Source of the DNA: Yuukianura sp. NJ FZ-2021
Taxonomy: Eukaryota
NCBI GenBank assembly: GCA_046563655.1
Contig: CM102284.1
Coordinates: 5,580,001-5,644,000 of the forward strand
Direction of reading: 5' to 3'
Length of the DNA: 64,000 nucleotides
Of this stretch, positions 57,157-64,000 are shown piece after piece. The notes beneath the pieces were generated by a model that worked only from the letters and a program-made list of their open reading frames with translations, ran no database searches and was not told the DNA's origin. Every line of letters begins with the position of its first letter. Within the stretch, counting starts at the first letter, position 1. A program made the position numbers and the translations under genes.

Positions 57157-58058
57157 CCGTAAGATTTCTGGTAAACGGTCAGTTATATGGAATTTAAGGC
57201 TAGGAACACCATTCTAATGAAAATTTCATGTTTCGAAGTTTAGAGTATATAATTAATATTAATATACGTAATATTCATATATTAATGCTAATTATGGTTG
57301 TGCGCTGTTGCGCAGGTTGTGCGCTGTTGCGCAGGTTGTGCGCTGTTGCGCAGGTTGTGCGCTGTTGCGCAGGTTGTGCGCTGTTGCGCAGGTTGTGCGC
57401 TGTTGCGCAGGTTGTGCGCTGTTGCGCAGGTTGTGCGCTGTTGCGCAGGTTGTGCGCTGTTGCGCAGGTTGTGCGCTGTTGCGCAGGTTGTGCGCTGTTG
57501 CGCAGGTTGTGCGCTGTTGCGCAGGTTGTGCGCTGTTGCGCAGGTTGTGCGCTGTTGCGCAGGTTGTGCGCTGTTGCGCAGGTTGTGCGCTGTTGCGCAG
57601 GTTGTGCGCTGTTGCGCAGGTTGTGCGCTGTTGCGCAGGTTGTGCGCTGTTGCGCAGGTTGTGCGCTGTTGCGCAGGTTGTGCGCTGTTGCGCAGGTTGT
57701 GCGCTGTTGCGCAGGTTGTGCGCTGTTGCGCAGGTTGTGCGCTGTTGCGCAGGTTGTGCGCTGTTGCGCAGGTTGTGCGCTGTTGCGCAGGTTGTGCGCT
57801 GTTGCGCAGGTTGTGCGCTGTTGCGCAGGTTGTGCGCTGTTGCGCAGGTTGTGCGCTGTTGCGCAGGTTGTGCGCTGTTGCGCAGGTTGTGCGCTGTTGC
57901 GCAGTTTGTGCGCAGATATATTAATATTAGTTAATTTTATTTAATTATCTAATTACTTTTGTTTTGCACCAAAAAAAAATTAACCAAAAAAAAAACAATC
58001 GTAAAAAATAAGCCGATAAACTGAAACATACGTTTCCTCCAAAATTAAAACTTTACGG
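57157..58058. mobile_element. Probable nested element (CCGTAA termini, TA TSD) carrying the 19-bp array
   Basis: CAG-TA|CCGTAAGATTT ... AAACTTTACGG|TA-CTG. Removing it restores a palindromic target CAGTACTG. TIRs are short and imperfect. Confidence 0.55.
57296..57903 (+). repeat. Minisatellite: 32 identical copies of GGTTGTGCGCTGTTGCGCA (19 bp)
   Basis: 608 bp = 32 x 19 with no visible variant, followed by a partial degenerate unit GTTTGTGCGCAG. AT-rich flanks on both sides. Confidence 0.97.
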
Positions 58059-60893
58059 TACTGCGACTTTGAGTGAAAGTGAGAAAGAGGAGGAGCTCCT
58101 GTCCCTTATTTAGAGAATCCACTGTAACTGAAATGATTTCCAATTAGGATGAAGAGATTGACAAGATTAGTTTTTGAACTTAAATTTGAAATTGAAAATC
58201 GGATTTAGGGAAATTTGAAAATAGAAAAGTTGGATTTTATTTTTCTAGTTTGTGGAGGGTTGGTATAATGATATTCAAATGAATCTTGGTCTATTTTTGT
58301 TGTGATTCGCTTCTACATTCTTCAGAAATAAGTCAGTCATCGTCAGTTGACTTAATCCAGGGCGGGAGAAAGTAGCAAAAGAAAGTGAAGAAAGCCACTG
58401 GAACATTCATTTTCCAGAGGCTGATTTCTTTGTCTTAAAATTGAAGCTGACGTTGCAGTCATAACTCAACTTTCTTCTTCTTCGTTTTGTGTTTTTTTTT
58501 CATCCTGGAAGAACAATTCCTTCACTTTCACCCTCCATCTTCTCGCTTCCATTTTCCCAATTCGGGAATTCAAAATTTTTTGAACCATTTCATCAAACGT
58601 TCAAAAAACAATTTCATTTAAGGCCAAAAAATTCAATTAAAATTTTGACCCAGTTGGCTAAATCTTGCAAACTGAATGAGTTATGAATTTAATGGCTCGA
58701 AAATGAAAGTATCGATTAGCTATAAAATGGCAATAATTTTCTCTCAATTTTTTTTTCTCTCGTATAACCAATCGAAGGGAAAGCTAAGGTGATAGTTGAT
58801 GAGCAAAATGTTCTGAAGACGGAAAAGAAAAAGTAGAAATTGATTTGAACATTTATGCTTTTCCCGCCTTGCTACCCATTTTAAGGCCCCCCTCTTCACT
58901 AATAGCCCCCCATAAATCTTTAAGCCTCTTCTCAAGGGTCATTGACTCTTTGGCTCTTTTAAGTGACCCACTTAACCCAAACTTCCCAAAGGTTAGTAGT
59001 CTACTAGTAGTCTGTTAAGGCAAGAAAAGTTTTTGTAAAAAGAAGAAGAAGTTTTCCATTGTGAAGTGGGTGGGTCTAATGATTGCAACTTTTATGCTAA
59101 GGAAGTGGCTGTTCCGGAAGAGAAAGTAGAAGACATTAAAAGGGGTCCCTGAAGGGGACCCTTGAGAAGGGCTTAGGATTAAGGCCCTATTTCTCAATAA
59201 AGGCTTATTGCTCCTCCATAATGCATGCTAACTGTTCGGGAGCTCCATCCGATGGATTCTTCTGTGTTCTTGCCAAATGCTTTCCCTTTTTCCACTTTCT
59301 TTTTTTGAGTTTTCTTTGCGTTTAGGTTTTTAGGTTAGGCTAAGGTCCTTCTTTTTTTTGAAAATCCTCCTCTCAACACATTCACTTCCTCTCTCTGTTC
59401 CCGTCTTCATAAACATAAAAATTCATGATGACGGAGAAATGAGAGAAAGTAAATGCAAAAGCAATGCCTTTTATTGCCAAGGAAAAGAGCGCGTTTTTGG
59501 CAGTGGCTAAAGGGCAAGACGTGCCCAGGAACACATTAGCAAAATCCTTTAAAGGAAGCGAACAGAAAAATCCACATACCCAGCAGGGAAAGGGCTGAGA
59601 CGCTGAAACGCTTATCCGGAGAGATCCAGGAAATATCCACAGCTTTCACCAAATACACAAGAAAAATGTGCAAATTCACTTTCTCGCGGCAATTCTCATT
59701 GATTTTCAACAAATTGTGCTAGATGCTAGCACGAGTTTTCAAAAAGAAAAAAAAAGTGAGTTCTTTTTTCGAAAGTTTTTCATCCCGCCCATACTTTCTT
59801 TTCAGTTTCGAAGGTTAGGTTAGTTTCCAAATCTAGAGGAAGGGAGGAGTGACAAATTTCAAAATGTAGAGTTCTTTTTTTATACAACTGCTGTAAATAA
59901 TCACACTTCATGATCCTCCTGCTTACTTTTTTCAAAAAATGTGTCTTTTCAAATTTTCTTTGTTCATTTTCATCAAAATTGTGGTTGAAAGAGAAAATAT
60001 TGTCCAAGGGATCATGGAGAATGAAAAGCGAAAAGCGTGAAAGGTGTGGCGGTGACAGTAAAATGAAATGCACGCTTTCTCTCTCGGGACTCCCAAAAAG
60101 TTGACTCTTTCGGACTTGATGAATGGAAAAGTTAAAAAGTTAAAAGCTTCCTCGTCTTCCAGGAAGTTCCTGGAACTTTCCCTAAAGTAAAAGCAGTATG
60201 AAGTGATGAGAGTTAGGGTAAAGTAAGCTCCAAAGACGGATTATTAATGAGGGAAGAGGGATGATGTGACAGAAGAGAAAGTCCAAAACCTGAAATTCCC
60301 AACAGCTTCCTGCGCTTTCTCTACAGTCATCTCTCATCTAATAATTTTTTAGAAAATACTAAGCAAAAAACAAGAAGGCTCAGATGTATCCAGGAGGAAA
60401 AGGACTTTCATTATTCAGAAAACCGTAGAAGCTGAGGTGCTTAAGGGACTACTCACTTCCTGCTCCACCAAACTTCTTTATTGGAGTGTCACACTTTCTT
60501 TTTCGGGTGACATGAAAAATGACACTGCGGAGAAAGTAATCACGACGCGCCGTCCTTTGTTTCCCACGGCTTACACTTGTCATCTCTGACTCCAGCCACG
60601 AGCCATTTTGATTATTACAAAAAATGTTGTTGATTTTTTTGAATTCTTGTTTTTACTTTTTAGTTGTAAGAGAAAGTCCGACTTTCCCTTTCGTTTTGTT
60701 AGAAAACGCTTCAAAATGGGATTCACAGGGTCAATTCTTTAAAAAACTTTGTCAAATGAATTTGGTTTACGAAAAAATATGTTTACTGTCCCGAATTAGG
60801 AAATGAGTCAACAGGAATTAGTTCAATAGAATTTTCGTCAACTTAACGATTACTCAACAATTCAATACATAAAGGGTTTCCATGTTCCAGTTC

Positions 60894-63800
60894 CTACTTT
60901 TTCTCTGCTCCTGGAGCCAACTTGACTTTTCCTGGAAATTGCCTTGACAGATCTTGATCTTTGACTGACTTGAGCAAATCCTTTTCTCGTGGTCGAGCGT
61001 TCTTATCTCTGAGGAAACCCTCAAAAGCCGATCTAGCTGCCTTACCACGTTTCGTCGATCCCGGAATCATTTTAATACGAAACTTGTAGTTTTGGAGTGA
61101 TGCATAGGGAGCTATCACTGGAATTGCAAAAAGTAACTCATCTTCTTCTGTAGGAGCACCTGTTTCCAAAAAACGAAAAAAGTTACAACAAGAAGAAAAA
61201 GTTACAAAGGCTTTTGTTATATTTTCGTGTTTGCGAGATGACAAAGAGTAATTTCTTACCCGTCAAAGTATTGAGAACGTTCGTTTCCATTTCCGGAACT
61301 TCAACCTGCTCTTCATCTTCCGCTGCTACGCCGGCTACAGGTTGCTGCTTTTCAGCCGCCAACTTCGAAGCAGTAATCAATCTTTTCTTTCTGTCAGAAC
61401 TTTCGCCTCCTTCTGTGTTCGTGTCCTCGGTTTCTTCAATTTTATCTAAAGCTGGAGCAGTTGTGCTGGTGGTGGTGGTGGGAAGTTCCGCTCCTTTCGT
61501 TTTTGCCTGTTGAAAAACATATCACACCATTATAGAAACTTCCCTTGGAAAGTGGAGCGATAATTTACCATAATCATAAAATATGATCGAAGAAAGTAGA
61601 GGACAGACCTGGAGTAACTGCATTCGTAGTTCTCGTTCTTCATCATCCTGAAACCTATACTTTTCCTTAATCTTTTTCTGTCGTCCATGTTGTCCTCTCT
61701 TAGGCTTGTTTCCAGTTCCAGCAGATGAGGTGGAAGGTTGATTCTGATTGGTTTGTTCTACAACTGGAGCTGGAACGTCTTTGGGTTTTCCTTTGCCTTT
61801 CTTCTTTGCGTCTTTCTCTTTCTTCTTGGCCTTTTGCTTCAATTTCATAACGTCAGTGGCCGTAGTTTTACTGGGTTGTACGCCAGCACTAATCACTGTG
61901 CCTTCATCTTCTACTGTTCCGCCAACGTCACTCCCTCCGGCACTGGCAGCTGACATGTTAGATTCTGTTCTGGCTCGACTTGTACCAGGTTTCACTTGTA
62001 GAGCCACTTCCACTTTGGTATCTGGAAAGGCTTCATCTCCATCGGACTTTTCAGAGTCGGAGTCGCTGGAAGGATCATCAATCGGCTCTTGGTCTGGAAC
62101 ACTTTCAGCATCAGCTCCTCCTTCACTAACGCTGCTTCGAATACTACTTTCACCAATACTGGACGTTTGTACTCTCCTACTCCTTTCATTAGCATGACGT
62201 GGAATGGATTCATCAGTTAAGCGAAAAAGAAAGCCAAAACCAAGAACCAGTTGACTCGGTGGTAGAAAGTTTTTCTTTCCGCGGATCATAAAAGAACCTG
62301 TTGGCAAGTACTCTCCGGTGGGTGCAGATTTGGATACTTGATCACCCCAGACCCACCAAACGGCTGGAATGATTTTGTCTTCCCATGCGTGACTAAAGAT
62401 TATTAAGAAAATATCCAACATGAATTTGAGATTAACTGAAACTAAGACATCAAGATTCTTTAGCCGAAGTTACCTTGCACAGACAGCTAAAGTTGCAGCT
62501 TCGTTTAGCGTTTTGGGCAACACGGGACCAGGAGCAGAGTCATTTTTAATTATCACCGTTGGAGCACCGTGGGAATCGGCATGGAGGTAAACATCCTTTG
62601 GTTTCATGTAACGCTTTACTAAAAGTTCATTTTGTTGTGCATCTTGACCTCCCAGTACCAAGTAATTTTCGGAAGAAATGAACCAGCGAAACTTTTCAAA
62701 CCAAAAGACCTGTCAGAAAAAAATACAACAAAATTATACAAGGAATTTAGTTGATCTGTTAGGTCACAGATGAGTATTGGACTTTTACTTTTCTGACTTT
62801 CTTGATTTGCTGAATCGTTGCAACTTCCCGTAAAGATGACATAGTTTTCTTTTCAGTTGACTTGAATGCCTTTTCCTGTGATTCCAGCGTCCTTTCTTCC
62901 TTTTTGGCTGAAGCTTTTTTCAAATCGAAGTATTTACTTGCATTGGCATACGCTGATAAATCCAAGTCTATTTCAACAGTTAGTCCTTTCTCCGCTTCAG
63001 TTGATTCATAAGGATCGCTAAAAAAAATTCAAATGATCACATTTTCAATTTTAAGGTTTCAAATTTTGGAACTTACTTTAGCTTCATTGTAATTTGATTC
63101 TTGATTAAATTGAGAGCAGTGATTTGTTTAGCAAGTTCATCTCCAGCCTTCTTGGCTTCTTTGATTTGACCCCAAATGTCATCCCAAGCCAGTTGATTAG
63201 CAATCAGTTGTCGCATAATTGCAATTGCCTGTTCTACGGCTTCTTGATTGAACATGATCAGTTCTGCTTTTCGCTTATCAACTTCTTGCACTTTCTGGAG
63301 TTCATTTAATCGCTTCTGTTGGTCCAACTTCAAATATTCAAGACGACTTAAAGCATCTCGCTCTTGATTCTTCTGCTTCAATTCAATTTTTTGCGACTCA
63401 ATCTTGGAGAAAAATTCATCAAGAGCTTCATCCAATGTTGGATACGAAACGACTTCTGCTGGATCAAATGTTGGAGCTAACAGGGCTGGATGAAACTGAT
63501 CATAAACGACAAACGGTTGTGGAGTTTCAGTTGAAAATTCAGCATTTACAACTGGCTGCTGCGATGCCGCTTTTTTCATAGCTTTTGTATCAAGCGTAAT
63601 AAATCCTCCGCTTTGAATTTCACCTTCCAGAATCAGTCTTCCACGTTCCAGGCATTTGAATAACTTCTCACTGAAGGACCTTGTTTCAGAAAAATAGAAA
63701 TTTAGATCAAAGTATTGCTAAACAAATGGAGATTTCGATGCGATTGCGATAGCTTACTTGAAATCTTCTTTATCAGCTGCTGGAATCTTAGTACTTGGTG

Positions 63801-63979
63801 CAAAGCCTTCTTCCTTGAGCACAAACGAAAACAAGGATGGACCAAATTCGATTTTTGAGAGAAATGCGTCACGAAGCGATTTCGTTGGGTGCGCTGCCAA
63901 AAGGGCTTCCATTTCCTCCCGTGTCAAGGAAAATGACGTTTTGGCTTTGTCAACGGCATATGTCTGATGAGGAGCCACT
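60894..63979 (-). CDS. NEMF: Nuclear export mediator factor NEMF / Rqc2 / Caliban (ribosome quality control), 5' end lies beyond the window
   Basis: Exons 63979-63758, 63679-63077, 63017-62789, 62709-62474, 62392-61609, 61506-61260, 61159-60894. Motifs [96 protein letters not shown], and [28 protein letters not shown]. Confidence 0.95.
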
Positions 63980-64000
63980 CTGGAAAAGAAATTCAAAAAT

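Larger units (their letters stand above)
57090..58124. mobile_element. Tc1/mariner(pogo)-type non-autonomous element with perfect 23-bp TIRs and TA TSD, containing a probable nested insertion
   Basis: TA|CAGTGGATTCTCTAAATAAGGGA (57090-57112) ... TCCCTTATTTAGAGAATCCACTG|TA (58102-58124). Confidence 0.9.

Noticed and set aside
57296-57903. CRISPR array (palindromic repeats with AT-rich leader-like flank)
   Set aside because: No spacers, units abut directly, no cas genes, eukaryotic context.
57228-57944. Three long Cys/Arg-rich ORFs (208-238 aa)
   Set aside because: Artefacts of a stop-free 19-bp tandem repeat; all three frames give the same 19-aa cycle.
61214-62197. Plus-strand ORFs over NEMF, and similar antisense ORFs over the ATPase
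   Set aside because: Antisense shadows of real coding exons.

Overview
Eukaryotic, AT-rich genomic DNA with short GT-AG introns (mostly 55-130 bp). Gene content points to an arthropod; a springtail-like hexapod is my guess, not a result. I reconstructed eight spliced protein-coding genes by hand, each with consistent exon phases: a secreted, probably GPI-anchored protein of unrecognised family; a cytosolic sulfotransferase; a divergent 17-exon Na+/K+-ATPase alpha paralogue; a 12-exon Cys-rich cell-surface protein (DUF7042-7045-like); a single-WAP-domain cationic peptide; a 10-exon RDL/GABA-like Cys-loop subunit; a SEC14 (CRAL-TRIO+GOLD) protein; and the 3' part of NEMF. Non-coding DNA holds several MITEs with TIRs or TSDs, including a Tc1/mariner-type element with a probable nested insert carrying 32 identical copies of a 19-bp hairpin-forming unit. 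Most notable observations: (1) the RDL-like subunit keeps the GABA-binding loops but has lost the PAR anion filter and 9' Leu; (2) the Na,K-ATPase has a remodelled ouabain-binding loop; (3) the window is strongly enriched for a Blimp-1/IRF-like AAGTGAAAGT motif, nuclear-receptor AGGTCA repeats and TTAGG-core palindromes. No rRNA, tRNA or CRISPR array was found. All family calls rest on motif recognition by eye; no database search was run.
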